A DNA stretch of 64,000 nt from Candidatus Woesebacteria bacterium (GTDB lineage: Bacteria; Patescibacteriota; Microgenomatia; UBA1400; UBA1396), in assembly GCA_021208605.1 (NCBI GenBank), contig JAJOJK010000017.1:17872-81871 (forward strand). The letters are read 5' to 3'. The notes below the pieces were generated by a model that worked only from the letters and a program-made list of their open reading frames with translations, did no database searches and was not told where the DNA came from. Of this stretch, positions 45,275 through 56,914 are shown piece by piece. The translations under genes and the position numbers were made by a program. The first letter of the stretch is position 1. Every line of letters begins with the position of its first letter.

Positions 45275-48200
45275 ATGTCCTTTGTTCACCTGCACGTTCA
45301 TACTGAGTACTCGCTGCTTGATGGTTTGAGTAAGATTCCCAAGTTAGTGGAACGGGCCAAAGAGTATGGTCAGCCGGCGATTGCCATGACCGACCACGGG
45401 GCCATGTATGGTGCGGTGCCATTTTTCAACAAAGTGAAGAAGGCCGGCCTGAAACCGATTATTGGTTTAGAGACGTACATGTCGGCCACGAGTCGCTTCG
45501 AAAAACAGAAACGGCCTGGAGCCGATGCCTATCACTTAACCTTGCTCGCTAAAACGTTCAAAGGCTATCAGAACTTGATGAAGCTCACTTCCCGGGCGCA
45601 TATTGAGGGGTTTTCCTACAAACCGCGCATAGACGAAGAGCTCTTGCGGGAACACAGTGAAGGCGTCATTGCCACCACCGGGTGTTTGGCCAGTATTTTT
45701 TCGCGCAAACTCATGGACGGTGAGTACGACGAAGTCAAAGAAATGGTCAAACGGTACTATGAGCTGTTTCACGGAGATTTTTTTGTCGAGATTCAACACC
45801 ACCATGGTATTCCTGAAGTCCAACAACACGCGGAAGAAATGGTCAAAATTTCGCGCGAAACCGGCGTACCGTTGGTGGCTACGAATGACGTACACTATGT
45901 CGACAAAGACGACGCCGAGGCGCAAGACGCGCTGGTGTGTGTCTCGACTCGTAAACTCATTAGCGAAAAAGACCGCATGTCGATGCTGCACTCGCCAGAC
46001 TTCTATCTGCGCAGCAGCGAGGAAATGGAGCAGCTCTTTGCCAAGTATCCAGATGCGATTGAGAATACGCTCAAAATTGCCGATATGTGTACCGCTGAAA
46101 TCCCCACCGGACAGTGGATTCTGCCCCAGTACGGCGTGCCCGATGGAATGAGCGCTGAAGAGTACTTGCGCCACATGACGTACGAGCGCGCTCCCAGCGT
46201 GGTCGGGGCCATTACCGACGAGGTAACGCAGCGCTTGGATTACGAGCTCGAAGTTATCAACACCAAGGGTTATGCGAACTACTTTTTGATCGTGCAAGAT
46301 TTTATTTCTTGGGCCAAGGAAAATGGAATTTATGTTGGTCCGGGCCGTGGTTCGGCGGCAGGTTCTTTGGTGTCATTTAGCTTGGGAATTACCACGCTGA
46401 ATCCGCTGGAGCACGATCTGAAGTTCGAGCGGTTCTTGAATCCAGAACGCCCGTCTCCGCCAGATGTTGATGTCGACTTTGCTGATACGCGCCGCGAAGA
46501 AGTGATCGAGTACGTCACCAATAAATACGGCGCTGATCGTGTGGCCAACGTGATTACATTTGGAAAGATGGAAGCTCGGGTGGCAATTCGTGACATTGGC
46601 CGTGTGCTTGGCATGGATTACTCAGATCCAGATAAAATCGCCAAACTCATCCCGCAAGGCATGCGGTTGGGCGAAGCCATTGAAGAAGTACCCGAGCTGA
46701 AACAGTACAGTGAGCTGCCAAAATACTCCAAGTTGTTTGAGTTGGCGCTGAAAGTGGAAGGTTCGATTCGCCACAGCAGTGTACACGCCGCCGCGGTGAT
46801 CGTGACCGATGATGACATTACCAATTACTGTCCGGTGCAACAAGATCCCAACGGAAAAATTGTCACGCAGTACGACATGTATGTTTTGGATGCCAACGTG
46901 TCCGGTGATGATGCCATTGGTTTGCTGAAGTTCGACTTTTTGGGTCTGCGGAACTTGTCCATCTTGGGTGAGGCTGTGGAGTGGGTCAAGAAAACCAAAA
47001 GCATAGATGTTGATCTCGACCGCATTTCTCTCGAAGAAAAAGATGTCTACGACATGATTTCGCGCGGTGAGACAACTGGTATTTTCCAGATGGAGTCGGG
47101 TGGTATGCGGCGTGTGGCCCGTCAACTCAAGCCAAATAAATTTTCTGATATTACTGCTATGGTCGCTTTGTACCGTCCGGGTCCAATGGACCTGATTCCA
47201 GGTTTTGTGGAAGCCAAACATAATCCGGAGAAGATTCAGTATCCTCATCCGGATCTCGAGCCAGTTTTTAAAGATTCTTACGGATACATGATTTACCAGG
47301 AGCAGGCGATTGGTGTGGCCAACGTCATGGCCGGCTATACGCTCGGTGAAGGTGACGTGCTGCGGAAAGCGATCGGTAAAAAGAAAATCGAGATCATGCA
47401 GAAGCAGCATTCTGAGTTTATTCGCCGGTCCATGGAAAAGGGCTACGCCAAAAAAGTGGCCGAAGAAGTCTGGGGCTACATTGAAAAATTTGCGGGCTAT
47501 GGTTTTAACAAAGCCCACGCGGCTTCCTACGCGATGGTGGCGTATCGCACCGCATACATGAAGACGAAGTACCCGGTTGAGTACATGACCGCTCTGGCTT
47601 CGGTGGAGTCTCTGTCGCACAACCAGAAGCGCGAAGAGAAGGTGATGCTGGCGGTCGAAGAAGCCAAGAGCATGGGTATTTTGGTATTTCCGCCGGATAT
47701 CAATAAGTCGGATGTTGGTTTTGTCATCGAAGAAAATGACGAGTCGCTGGAAAATATGGCGATCCGTTACGGACTGGGAGCAATTAAAAATGTCGGTACC
47801 GCTGCGGTAGAATCGCTCCTGGCTGAGCGAAAAGAGAATGGTCCGTTCCAGTCCTTTACTGACTTTTTGCAACGTACGGATTCCCGCAAGGTCAATAAAA
47901 AAGTAGTGGAAAGTTTAGCTCGCGTTGGTGCCTTTGATGCCTTTAGCACCCGTTCCAGCATTTTGGAAAATCTGGATGAAATACGCGCCCAAGCCTCACA
48001 ATTTAAGAGTGATATTGAGGGACAAGATTCCTTGTTTGCGGCTATTGATGACGATAGTGCCACGCAAGTGCAGGACACGTTTCCGCAGTTGGAAGAGTAT
48101 CCGCAAGCGGAACTGTTGGCCTATGAAAAAGAACTGCTTGGTTTTTATTTGACGCAGCACCCAATGGCTAAAGTCTTGACAAAAATTTCGCAGCAAGCGG

Positions 48201-48754
48201 ATCGCAAGATCGCCGATCTCGATGCTGATATTCATGCTGAGCAAGTATTTGTTGTCGGCGGTATTCTTGGTGGCATTCGCGAAGTACGCACCAAAAAGAA
48301 AAATGAAAAGATGGCCTTTGGTACTTTAGAAGACCAAAGTGGTTCGGTTCGAGTCGTGTGTTTCCCTCGTACCTACGTACAAGCCGAGAAGCATTTTCAA
48401 GATGACAACGCTGTTCTCATTCGAGGAAAGCTTGATTCGCGTGATGAAGAAGTGCAAATTATTGCCGAAAAAGTATGGGTGCCCACAATGAGCCCTGATG
48501 AAGAAGACGAGTTGGAAGATGCCGTCGAGATCCTTATTCCTCGTGGTACCTCGAAAGAACTTCTTCAAGAAGTTGGCACTTTACTGAAGAGAAGTCCCGG
48601 GAAAACGCCTCTCGTGTATCTGATCCCTTCACCAGATGGTCAAAAAGTTTCAAAACACCGACCGAACTATACTGTGCACTGGACGGAAGATTTAGCGGCG
48701 TATGTTGCCGAAAAACTCGGTTTGCAAACCAAAGATCTCTCAAAACAGGCGTAA
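45275..48754 (+). CDS. dnaE: DNA polymerase III alpha subunit
   Basis: HLHVHTEYSLLDG PHP domain, GRGSAAGS, FERFLNPER, PDVDVD, YGFNKAH. Confidence 0.97.
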   Translation: MSFVHLHVHTEYSLLDGLSKIPKLVERAKEYGQPAIAMTDHGAMYGAVPFFNKVKKAGLKPIIGLETYMSATSRFEKQKRPGADAYHLTLLAKTFKGYQNLMKLTSRAHIEGFSYKPRIDEELLREHSEGVIATTGCLASIFSRKLMDGEYDEVKEMVKRYYELFHGDFFVEIQHHHGIPEVQQHAEEMVKISRETGVPLVATNDVHYVDKDDAEAQDALVCVSTRKLISEKDRMSMLHSPDFYLRSSEEMEQLFAKYPDAIENTLKIADMCTAEIPTGQWILPQYGVPDGMSAEEYLRHMTYERAPSVVGAITDEVTQRLDYELEVINTKGYANYFLIVQDFISWAKENGIYVGPGRGSAAGSLVSFSLGITTLNPLEHDLKFERFLNPERPSPPDVDVDFADTRREEVIEYVTNKYGADRVANVITFGKMEARVAIRDIGRVLGMDYSDPDKIAKLIPQGMRLGEAIEEVPELKQYSELPKYSKLFELALKVEGSIRHSSVHAAAVIVTDDDITNYCPVQQDPNGKIVTQYDMYVLDANVSGDDAIGLLKFDFLGLRNLSILGEAVEWVKKTKSIDVDLDRISLEEKDVYDMISRGETTGIFQMESGGMRRVARQLKPNKFSDITAMVALYRPGPMDLIPGFVEAKHNPEKIQYPHPDLEPVFKDSYGYMIYQEQAIGVANVMAGYTLGEGDVLRKAIGKKKIEIMQKQHSEFIRRSMEKGYAKKVAEEVWGYIEKFAGYGFNKAHAASYAMVAYRTAYMKTKYPVEYMTALASVESLSHNQKREEKVMLAVEEAKSMGILVFPPDINKSDVGFVIEENDESLENMAIRYGLGAIKNVGTAAVESLLAERKENGPFQSFTDFLQRTDSRKVNKKVVESLARVGAFDAFSTRSSILENLDEIRAQASQFKSDIEGQDSLFAAIDDDSATQVQDTFPQLEEYPQAELLAYEKELLGFYLTQHPMAKVLTKISQQADRKIADLDADIHAEQVFVVGGILGGIREVRTKKKNEKMAFGTLEDQSGSVRVVCFPRTYVQAEKHFQDDNAVLIRGKLDSRDEEVQIIAEKVWVPTMSPDEEDELEDAVEILIPRGTSKELLQEVGTLLKRSPGKTPLVYLIPSPDGQKVSKHRPNYTVHWTEDLAAYVAEKLGLQTKDLSKQA

Positions 48755-50113
48755 TTACTGATACATTTCTCGTAAGCCACCCTCAAGCCAGATGATGTCC
48801 ACACGTTTTCCGAGCAGCGAGAGTTTGTGAAGTATCTCTTCTCGCGTCAGGCCTTCGAGAAGTGTGAGTGATGTTTTTTTCCGCAGGGCGTCACGTAAGT
48901 CGGCGTTATATCTCGTTGGCAGGACTCCAACAATGGTTGCTACACGAGAAAGATCTTTAGCCATTTCGAGATGCGCTTGGTGTGTTGTTTCGGCGTCCAG
49001 CTCAACAAAACCGCTCGCGAGAACCATGACGTTTTTTTCTTGAAACTGTTCCAAAATTTCAACCGATTCTTTCCAGGAACCCGGATTAGTGTTGTAACTA
49101 TTGTCGATAACCCAAGTATTATTTGGATTTCGATGTACTTCCAGGCGGCGAGAAATCGGAATATGATACTGCAGACTGCGCGCTGCTTGGGTCCAGGAGT
49201 GGTTCAGTGTGGCGGTCAGCCAGAGACCAGGGAGCGCATTGTGAATTTGGTGTTTAGCCAAGAGTGGCGTGGTTGCGGTCAGGTCACGATTTTGAAAGCG
49301 CACAGTAAAAGAAGAGCCATAGAGATCACTGGTAAAGTCACGCAACTGAATATCGCTTTTTGCTTTGGATCCGTACCAAATAATTTTTCGATAGGTTGGT
49401 GGGGATAGCAACGAGCGATTCTGGTCATCGATCAACACCGTAGTGGGCGCCCATTGACTGGTAAACATTTCGGCAAAGGTAGCGAGCAGATTTTCGCGAG
49501 TTTTGAATCGTTCCATGTGGGCAAAGCCCACTGGTGTGAGAATGCCAAAATCGGGTCGAACAAGCTCGAGCAGCATGTCGATGTCGCCTTTTTGGTACTC
49601 ACCAAGCTCAACAATAAAACACTGGTGGTCATTGCGGAGTTGCGTGGTAATGGTGTGGGCGATTCCCAGTGGGGTGTTGTAACTGGCCGGAGTCATCAGC
49701 GTAAAAAAATGATTGCTGAGGACATGGTGCACGCTGTGTTTTAAAGAGGTTTTCCCATAGCTTCCGGCTACGGCGATAACTTTGAGGCCGTTGCGCTGGG
49801 CGCGACGCAATTTGCGTCGCGCACGCCACATTACCCCCCATTTGCTCATGTTTTCTACTGGGCGCAGCAGTGCGGTGCTCCAGAGTATGGCGGTGGTTTT
49901 GGGGATAGCAATCAGAGTAAAAAATTGACTTATACGATAGATCAGTTGAATTTTTTTGGTCCATTTTTCTGGCTGTAAGCCCTGAATGTGATGCGTGAGA
50001 GCTGTTTCGCGTGGCTCAGCTGCTACCCATTCACGGAAGAGACGAGGTTCGTATTCCTGTTGTTGCCAGATGGCGAGCAAGTTTTTGAGGGAGTAAGGCA
50101 GTCGGGATTTCAT
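48755..50113 (-). CDS. Mur ligase, MurF-like
   Basis: AGSYGKTS, SYNTPLG, VELG, DNSYNTNP. Confidence 0.85.
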   Translation of the reverse strand: MKSRLPYSLKNLLAIWQQQEYEPRLFREWVAAEPRETALTHHIQGLQPEKWTKKIQLIYRISQFFTLIAIPKTTAILWSTALLRPVENMSKWGVMWRARRKLRRAQRNGLKVIAVAGSYGKTSLKHSVHHVLSNHFFTLMTPASYNTPLGIAHTITTQLRNDHQCFIVELGEYQKGDIDMLLELVRPDFGILTPVGFAHMERFKTRENLLATFAEMFTSQWAPTTVLIDDQNRSLLSPPTYRKIIWYGSKAKSDIQLRDFTSDLYGSSFTVRFQNRDLTATTPLLAKHQIHNALPGLWLTATLNHSWTQAARSLQYHIPISRRLEVHRNPNNTWVIDNSYNTNPGSWKESVEILEQFQEKNVMVLASGFVELDAETTHQAHLEMAKDLSRVATIVGVLPTRYNADLRDALRKKTSLTLLEGLTREEILHKLSLLGKRVDIIWLEGGLREMYQ

Positions 50114-50889
50114 AGTGAGGTCTCCAACCAGCGCTGTATGTCTGTCGGGTGAGTGAGGTGAATAAAGTGGTCTCCGCCTGGCACGACGAATACATCGTTT
50201 TCTTTGGCAATAGTGCGGAAGCGGTAGGCCATCCAGAGGTCGACCGCCTGATCATGGCTTCCCCAAGCAAAATGCAGCGGGAAGGGGCGTGGTTCCGAAA
50301 CTGCTTCGGTAATATCCTGGCTGAGAAAACGACGCAGTGATTCCTCTTGGAATGGAGTGGCATTGAGGTAGTCCGTTTCTTGAATGACGGAGCTGTACAG
50401 GAAAGCCCGTAAGCGGCCGAGGACACGTCGCTTCATGGCATAAGGAATATATCCCAAAGCAGTGCGAAGTGCGCGTTTTGGCCAACTCAGAGGTCGGACA
50501 ATCCCAGACGGAGCAATGGCAAAGAAACCAGCTGTAACGGGTGGCAAAGAGAGTTCATCACCATAGGCAAACCAAGCAAAGCTGAAGAGTTTTCCGCCAA
50601 ATGAGTGGCCAATAACCGCGTGGAGCTGGGTGATACCGCAGCGTTGCAAAAAATCTTCTAACCAGATGCTCCATTGCCACATATCCCAGCCACTGAACGA
50701 GCCATCACTCTGCCCAAATCCAGGCAAATCTGGAATAACTACGCGATACGAGCGTGAGAGCATCGGAATATATGGGGCCCAGGTTTCCCAGTTGTGTCCC
50801 CATCCGTGGAGAAGCAAAAGGACAGGCGCATCTTTTTTTCCAATATCTTGGTAGTGAATCTGGAGATGTCCGGTGCGGCACGTTGGCAT
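50110..50889 (-). CDS. Alpha/beta hydrolase
   Basis: LLHGWG, DLPGFG, GHSFGG, C-terminal H. Confidence 0.9.
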   Translation of the reverse strand: MPTCRTGHLQIHYQDIGKKDAPVLLLLHGWGHNWETWAPYIPMLSRSYRVVIPDLPGFGQSDGSFSGWDMWQWSIWLEDFLQRCGITQLHAVIGHSFGGKLFSFAWFAYGDELSLPPVTAGFFAIAPSGIVRPLSWPKRALRTALGYIPYAMKRRVLGRLRAFLYSSVIQETDYLNATPFQEESLRRFLSQDITEAVSEPRPFPLHFAWGSHDQAVDLWMAYRFRTIAKENDVFVVPGGDHFIHLTHPTDIQRWLETSL

Positions 50890-50949
50890 GGTAGGTTTCG
50901 TAACTCTAGTGTAGCGCAGAAAGAGGGGAAAAGTAACTTGTTTGTCTTT

Positions 50950-52174
50950 TTAGTGCGGGTGTTTATGGGTGTGGTGATGACTGGAGTGGAGGTCAATTGG
51001 TCTGTCGAGTATTTTGGGCAGGATGAGCAAGCTGGCGGCGGCCAGAAAAGTACTGACGGGCACAGCAGTCACTAAACCAATTGATCCAGTGATGGTGCGC
51101 ACCATTTCTTCCATGACCAGTTCGCTGTTGAGGGTTACCCAGAGTGGTTCAGGTGAGTCGGCGAACAGGAGGAAAAGAGGTAGGTTGGCACCGGCATACA
51201 CTAATACCAATGTATTCACGAGCGAGGCGACGTGGGTTTGTCCGACGCGCAGGCTGCGTTGGAAGAGTTCCGCAAAACCGATCTTCGGTTTGGAGGCAAA
51301 GAGTTCTTGCACCACGGCAATTTGGGACACGATAATATCGTCGAGAACACCAAGTGTGCCCAAGAGGATACCGCCGAGGAGTAGCCCTTGGAGGCGAATT
51401 TCGTTACTTCCCAAGAAACGTACAAAGAGGGCTTCTTCGCTCCCCAGGCCAGTTAAGTGCATGGACTGCACACTGCCATACGAGAGGAGGCCGACACTCA
51501 AGAGCACGCTGACGATGGAAAAATAGGCGATGTGAGTAGTCATGTTCCAGCCGTGCGTGATGTAGAGCGTCAAGGCAGAAAGTGCGATGGCACCAAAAAT
51601 ACTTACCAATAATGGGTCATAGCCGCGAGAAAATGCGGGAATGAGCGCCACGGAAAGCACAATAATAGTCGCCGACATGCCCACCACGGAAAGAAGTCCT
51701 CGCCATCTGGCTACGGCAAATACCAGTAACAGGAAAAAGGCAAATAAGACCAGCCAAGTATTCAGACGAAAAATATCCACAATTTGGTATGTCGGTTGTG
51801 CTTCCGACTGATCGGTAATTGGCGTGGCCTGCACAATAATAGTTTGGCCGGTGCGCAGGAGTTGGTCTTCGCTCAAGGGTGTAAACTCGCTGCCGTAGGA
51901 AACGGTGTACTCTGTTTCGTCTCCAGGAATTTGAAAAGAGATTGTTTGCACGGCCATGGTCCGCGCGGTGCTTGGAGCAGCGGCGGGATTTGGTTCGAGG
52001 TACTCTGTTTCTACATTTGTTATGCGAGCGCGCTGAAATGAGGTATCAGTAGGCAGAGCTTCAGATGGAAGTGCTGGTTCTTGCGCCGAGACGCTCGTCG
52101 CGAAAAAAAAACGAAAAAAGGAAAATCAGAAGTCCGGGAAGAATGGTAGAGAGAAGCTGCTTGTGGTAGGTCAT
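50950..52174 (-). CDS. YibE/F family membrane protein, frameshifted in a T9 tract (52103-52111)
   Basis: GVLDDI, NTLVLVYAG, GSIGL. Removing one T joins the signal peptide MTYHKQLL...ATSVSA-QE to the main ORF. His-rich tail. Confidence 0.8.
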
Positions 52175-52196
52175 GAACAGATCTATACTAACATGC

Positions 52197-53213
52197 ATGG
52201 TCTCCTTTTTTCGACGTTTGAAACTCTGGCAATGGATTCTGATCATCGGTTTAGTGACGGTGATTGGTGGTGGGATAGCTTGGCGGCAGTTTGGCCAAAA
52301 AGAGGAAGTTGTCGAAACCATCACACCACGCTATCAGCCGTTGCAGCAGACGTTGGAGTTCACCGGTTTGGTAAATGCGCATGATCGGGTGCAACTTCGT
52401 TTTGCTACCGGCGGCGAGGTCATCTACATTGGAGCTCAGGAAGGTGACACGGTGAAACGAGGGCAGACCATAGTGAGTCTGGATCGACGTTCAATGGAGA
52501 AGTCGCTCGAAAAATCGCTCAGTTTATATGAAACCCAGCGCCGCACGTTTGAGGGCACAGAAGATACCCTCGGTGATTATATCGATGACGACGATGAAAA
52601 ACGCGAAGCCGAAAAGAATCAGTTTGCGCTCGAGCGCTCAGTATTAGATGTAGAAATTCAATCTCTCGCTATAGAAAACTCCCGTTTAAGTTCCCCATTG
52701 AACGGTGTTTTAGTGACATCTCCCGTCACTGTAACCGGAGTGAATATTTTTGCGACTGATATCTTTGAAATTGTTGATCCCGATACTCTCTATTTCCAAT
52801 TACTGGTGGATGAAGTCGATGTCGACAAGATGTATGTTGGTCAAAAAGCCTACGTGCGTTTGGATGCTCGCCCCGATGATGTCCTAGAAGCCATCGTGGC
52901 GGATATTTCTTTGAAGGCGGCACAAGGTGCGAGTGGAACGGTTTTTCCTGTCGAACTTGATTTTATTGCGCCAGTTTCGATTCAAGAGCAACGGCTTGGC
53001 ATGAACGGTGAAGCCGCCGTGGTCTTAGCGGAAAAAGATAACGTCTTGACGGTCCCGATTGAAACCGTCACATTCCGTGATGGCGAGAGTTGGGTTGAAG
53101 TTCTTGTGGACAGCGAAGTACAACGACGAGTGGTAGTCACTGGTGTCGAAGGTGATGATTCCGTGGAGATAGTGAGTGGTTTGTCGGAAAACGATCAAGT
53201 AGTTTTGCCATGA
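52197..53213 (+). CDS. Efflux membrane-fusion (MacA-like) periplasmic adaptor
   Basis: TM, EGDTVKRGQ, SPLNG, VDEVD, GMNG, VEIVSGL. Confidence 0.85.
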   Translation: MVSFFRRLKLWQWILIIGLVTVIGGGIAWRQFGQKEEVVETITPRYQPLQQTLEFTGLVNAHDRVQLRFATGGEVIYIGAQEGDTVKRGQTIVSLDRRSMEKSLEKSLSLYETQRRTFEGTEDTLGDYIDDDDEKREAEKNQFALERSVLDVEIQSLAIENSRLSSPLNGVLVTSPVTVTGVNIFATDIFEIVDPDTLYFQLLVDEVDVDKMYVGQKAYVRLDARPDDVLEAIVADISLKAAQGASGTVFPVELDFIAPVSIQEQRLGMNGEAAVVLAEKDNVLTVPIETVTFRDGESWVEVLVDSEVQRRVVVTGVEGDDSVEIVSGLSENDQVVLP

Positions 53214-53917
53214 CGAAACGAAATACGGGTCCAGTATTAGAGTTGCACGCTGTGCAAAAACGATATCGGCTGGGCGAGCAAACGATTCAGGCCTTGCGTG
53301 GCGTTGATTTTACGATCGAAAAGGGCGATTTTGTGGCCATTATGGGACCGTCAGGCTCTGGGAAGTCCACTTTATTGCAGATTGCTTCTCTATTAGATAA
53401 TCCGAGTGAAGGAGAAGTTATTTTGCACGGCATGGATGTATCCAAGTATTCAGAAACAGAATTAGCCAAAGTGAGAAACCAAGAAATTGGTTTTGTGTTT
53501 CAACAGTTTAACTTGTTGGCGAAAACATCTGCCTGGGAAAATGTGGCGCTGCCATTAGTGTACGCCAATGTGTCGCCGGCTGAGCGGCAGCAACGAGCGC
53601 AGGCCATGTTGGAGCAAGTTGGTTTGGGTGAACGGCTCGAGAATACGCGGGCTCAGCTCAGTGGCGGCCAACAGCAGCGCGTTGCGATCGCCCGCGCGCT
53701 CATCAACGATCCCACCATTATTTTTGCGGACGAACCAACCGGAAATCTCGATACCAAATCGGGCGACGAAATTATGGGCATTTTACAAAATTTCTCGAAA
53801 GAAGGTCGCACGATTGTCATGGTCACACACGAAGAAGATATCGCTGCGTATGCGCATCGTATTGTTCATTTGCGGGATGGCCTGATCAGTAGTGACCAGA
53901 AAAATGGAAAAAAATAG
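53210..53917 (+). CDS. ABC transporter ATP-binding protein (MacB/LolD type)
   Basis: [27 protein letters not shown]. Confidence 0.93.
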   Translation: MTKRNTGPVLELHAVQKRYRLGEQTIQALRGVDFTIEKGDFVAIMGPSGSGKSTLLQIASLLDNPSEGEVILHGMDVSKYSETELAKVRNQEIGFVFQQFNLLAKTSAWENVALPLVYANVSPAERQQRAQAMLEQVGLGERLENTRAQLSGGQQQRVAIARALINDPTIIFADEPTGNLDTKSGDEIMGILQNFSKEGRTIVMVTHEEDIAAYAHRIVHLRDGLISSDQKNGKK

Positions 53918-53929
53918 AGAAGACAACAC

Positions 53930-55157
53930 ATGCAGTGGGTTAACACCGTAAAAGTCGCTTGGAAGGCCATTTTTACGAACAAATCACGTTCTCTCCTCAC
54001 AATGCTGGGCGTCATTATTGGTGTCGGTTCGGTTATTTTGCTGACTTCTATTGGGACTGGTATCCAAAAGTTTATCGAGCAGCAGTTTGAAGACTTGGGT
54101 GTGAACACCATTGTGGTGTATCCGTTCCAAATTTTCAGCGAGAGTGGTGGATTCCAGAATGGCGATGATCGATTGGGTGAAATAGCTGGCCAACAATTTT
54201 CGGAGCGCGAGGTGCAGGATATTGCTCGTTTGAGTTCGCAAATAGTAGCCGTCATGCCGGAGTCATCGCAGCGCAGCGATGTGGCGTGGCGGAATACCAG
54301 CGAAGTGGGCACTATTGTTGGCACTTCGGAAGAGTACGAAATTGTGCGCAACACGAAAGCAGAAAAGGGTCGTTTTTTTTACCGAGCAAGAAGCAAAATC
54401 GGGCCAACGCGTGGCGGTGCTCGGAAATACCATTGCCGAAGAAGTTTTTGGGGATGTCGATCCGGTGAATAAAGATGTGCGTATTGGCGAGACGACTTTT
54501 ACTGTAGTCGGTGTGGCCGAGAAAAAAGGTGGCGGGTTTGGTGGACCTGGTTTTGACCGCTACGTTATGATTCCGCTCGATGCCTATTTCCGTATGTTTG
54601 ATACTCGCGATGTGAACAGCATGTCGATTAAGGTGCGTTCGAAAGAAGATATTAACGACGTGATCAGTCTGGTGGAGAATTATCTGGAAGAAGAAAGCAA
54701 TCGCGACGCTGATGATTTCGATGTTTTTGATCAGACCGAAATTCTCAATACTATCAATCAGATTTTGGGTGTTTTGACGCTCGGCCTCGGTGGAATCGCG
54801 GCGATTTCTCTTGTGGTGGGCGGTATTGGCATTATGAACATTATGCTGGTCTCGGTAACCGAGCGAACGCGCGAAATTGGCTTGCGAAAAGCCTTGGGAG
54901 CGACCCCGAACCAAATACTGTTTCAGTTTCTTATTGAGTCTTCCCTGTTGTCATTTATTGGCGGGGCGATTGGCGTCGGGTTGGCAGCTTTACTGTCGAT
55001 GGCATTAGTGGTCTTTGCTGATTTTCCCTCGGCGATTACGCTTGATGCGATCGCGCTCGCTTTTGGTGTGTCGTTTGTAGTGGGTATTGTGTTTGGTGTG
55101 GCACCGGCGCGCAAGGCGAGTCGCTTGTCTCCAATTGAAGCGTTGCGCTCAGAGTAA
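53930..55157 (+). CDS. MacB-type ABC permease, frameshifted in a T8 tract (54373-54380)
   Basis: RSLLTMLGVIIG and GGIGIMNIMLVSVTERTREIG lie in two frames. Removing one T restores GRFFTEQE. Confidence 0.88.
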
Positions 55158-55202
55158 TTTTCCGCTTCATGATCCGTGTGCTGTATACTGAATGAGAAAG
55201 TT

Positions 55203-55694
55203 ATGACCAAGTTTTTCGCTTTTGCCCTTATTTTGGTTGGACTCGGCGGGGCCGCTTTGTGGTATGTGGCGTATCAGCTGCAATTGCCAGATTTAACGCA
55301 GGCTCAAACGACGGCACCAAGTATGTCTGTTTCAACAGATGCAATCCAGAATGAAGTGAAGCGTATTGATCAGCAGATCGCGGCACAGATTCGGAAAGTG
55401 GGCGAGGAAGGTATTGATTTCAGTATGTTTTCACAAGTGCCCCAAGTGGCGAGTTCATTTCAGCAGGCTTCTCAGGCGACGCTGTCTGCCACTGTGAGCA
55501 CTACTCCAGAAGAACTCTGGCAGACGCTACGTGAAGAAGGTGCACAAGCTGTAATGGGTTCGCTCGCGAAAAATGCCGAAGTGTCGGTCAACGACCTTTC
55601 TACCGATATTATGAACGAAGCACGTTACCAATACTGTGTCGGTGTGGTCGAGCAGTATGAACACAATCGATCGGCAGAGGACGCTGCCCAATAA
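55203..55694 (+). CDS. Hypothetical membrane-anchored protein
   Basis: N-terminal TM; C-terminal ARYQYC. Confidence 0.65.
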   Translation: MTKFFAFALILVGLGGAALWYVAYQLQLPDLTQAQTTAPSMSVSTDAIQNEVKRIDQQIAAQIRKVGEEGIDFSMFSQVPQVASSFQQASQATLSATVSTTPEELWQTLREEGAQAVMGSLAKNAEVSVNDLSTDIMNEARYQYCVGVVEQYEHNRSAEDAAQ

Positions 55695-55720
55695 GCGCGG
55701 CGCCTGATATACTAACGCAC

Positions 55721-56821
55721 ATGATACTTCCCAAAGACATTCGTGAGCAGTGGCAAGAAGCCGAGCAAAAAGCGAATGAACTCCGTGAGTCTGTCGACAC
55801 TGTGGCCAAAGAGGCGGAAATTGCCCGTTTGCAAAATTTGACGCTCGATCCCGCGTTCTGGAATGATCAAGTGAAAGCGAAAAAAATAAACCAAGATTTA
55901 TCTAGCCTGCAGCAAGAACTCGAACGCATCCAGGAGCAGGCACAACTACTGGAAGATATTGCAGCGTATATTGATTTAGTTTCAGAAGAGGAAGACGATG
56001 TGCCGGTTTCTGACCTTTATGCACTTTTGTCTCGCTTGCGTGCCGTCAACCAGACTATTGAATTGCAAACGTATTTGGCTGGTCCTTATGATAAGAATGA
56101 TGCTCTAGTAACGATTCACGCCGGCCAAGGTGGCACGGAAGCCATGGACTGGGCCAGTATGCTCCGCCGCATGTACGAGCGTTACTTCCAACGGCAAGAG
56201 TGGAAGTTCGAAACGCTCGAAGAAAGTCGCGGCGAAGAAGCCGGTATTAAATCAGTTACTTTTTTAGTGCACGGTGCGTATGCATATGGGTACCTCAAAG
56301 GGGAATCCGGAGCGCATCGTTTGGTTCGCCAGAGTCCATTTAATGCCGATGGATTGCGCCAGACCTCTTTTGCGGGCGTTGAAGTAATGCCCTTTTTAGA
56401 TGATGAAGATACCTCCATTGAAATTAGCCCAGATGACTTGGAATGGCAGTTCGCGCGTGCTGGCGGAAAAGGCGGTCAAAATGTCAATAAAGTGAATACC
56501 GCTGTCTATCTAACGCACACCCCAACGGGAATTACCGTGCATGCTCGTCAAGAACGCAGTCAAGAGCAGAATCGAAAAATTGCTTTGCAGATGCTCCGTT
56601 CACAGCTGGCTGAACAGGAAGAACAGAAACGTCGCCAAGAGATTTCTGATATTAAAGGGGAGTACCAACAGGCCTCCTGGGGAAATCAGATTCGCAACTA
56701 TGTTTTGCATCCGTACCACTTGGTAAAAGATACGCGCACCGAGGTGGAGACCAACGATACGACGGCCGTTTTGGATGGTGATCTCGACACATTTATCTTT
56801 GCTGAGGTCTCCCAACTCTAG
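55721..56821 (+). CDS. prfB: Peptide chain release factor 2 (no programmed frameshift)
   Basis: GGTEA, SPF tripeptide, GGQ. Continuous ORF. Confidence 0.95.
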   Translation: MILPKDIREQWQEAEQKANELRESVDTVAKEAEIARLQNLTLDPAFWNDQVKAKKINQDLSSLQQELERIQEQAQLLEDIAAYIDLVSEEEDDVPVSDLYALLSRLRAVNQTIELQTYLAGPYDKNDALVTIHAGQGGTEAMDWASMLRRMYERYFQRQEWKFETLEESRGEEAGIKSVTFLVHGAYAYGYLKGESGAHRLVRQSPFNADGLRQTSFAGVEVMPFLDDEDTSIEISPDDLEWQFARAGGKGGQNVNKVNTAVYLTHTPTGITVHARQERSQEQNRKIALQMLRSQLAEQEEQKRRQEISDIKGEYQQASWGNQIRNYVLHPYHLVKDTRTEVETNDTTAVLDGDLDTFIFAEVSQL

Positions 56822-56914
56822 TTTCTCGAGTAGGGTGTTCGACGGAAAGAACTCATCCTCTTTTGAAATTGCCGTTCTCTTGCTATAGTGAACAGACAGA
56901 GATAGAGGAGTTCT

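Noticed and set aside
46622-47872. Long antisense ORFs (416 aa inside dnaE; also 35352-36059, 41803-42435, 24158-24964, 54312-54914)
   Set aside because: Shadow frames of highly conserved genes, with no motifs or translation signals.
55721-55830. Programmed +1 frameshift in prfB
   Set aside because: The ORF is continuous, with no CTT-TGA slippery site in the N-terminal region.
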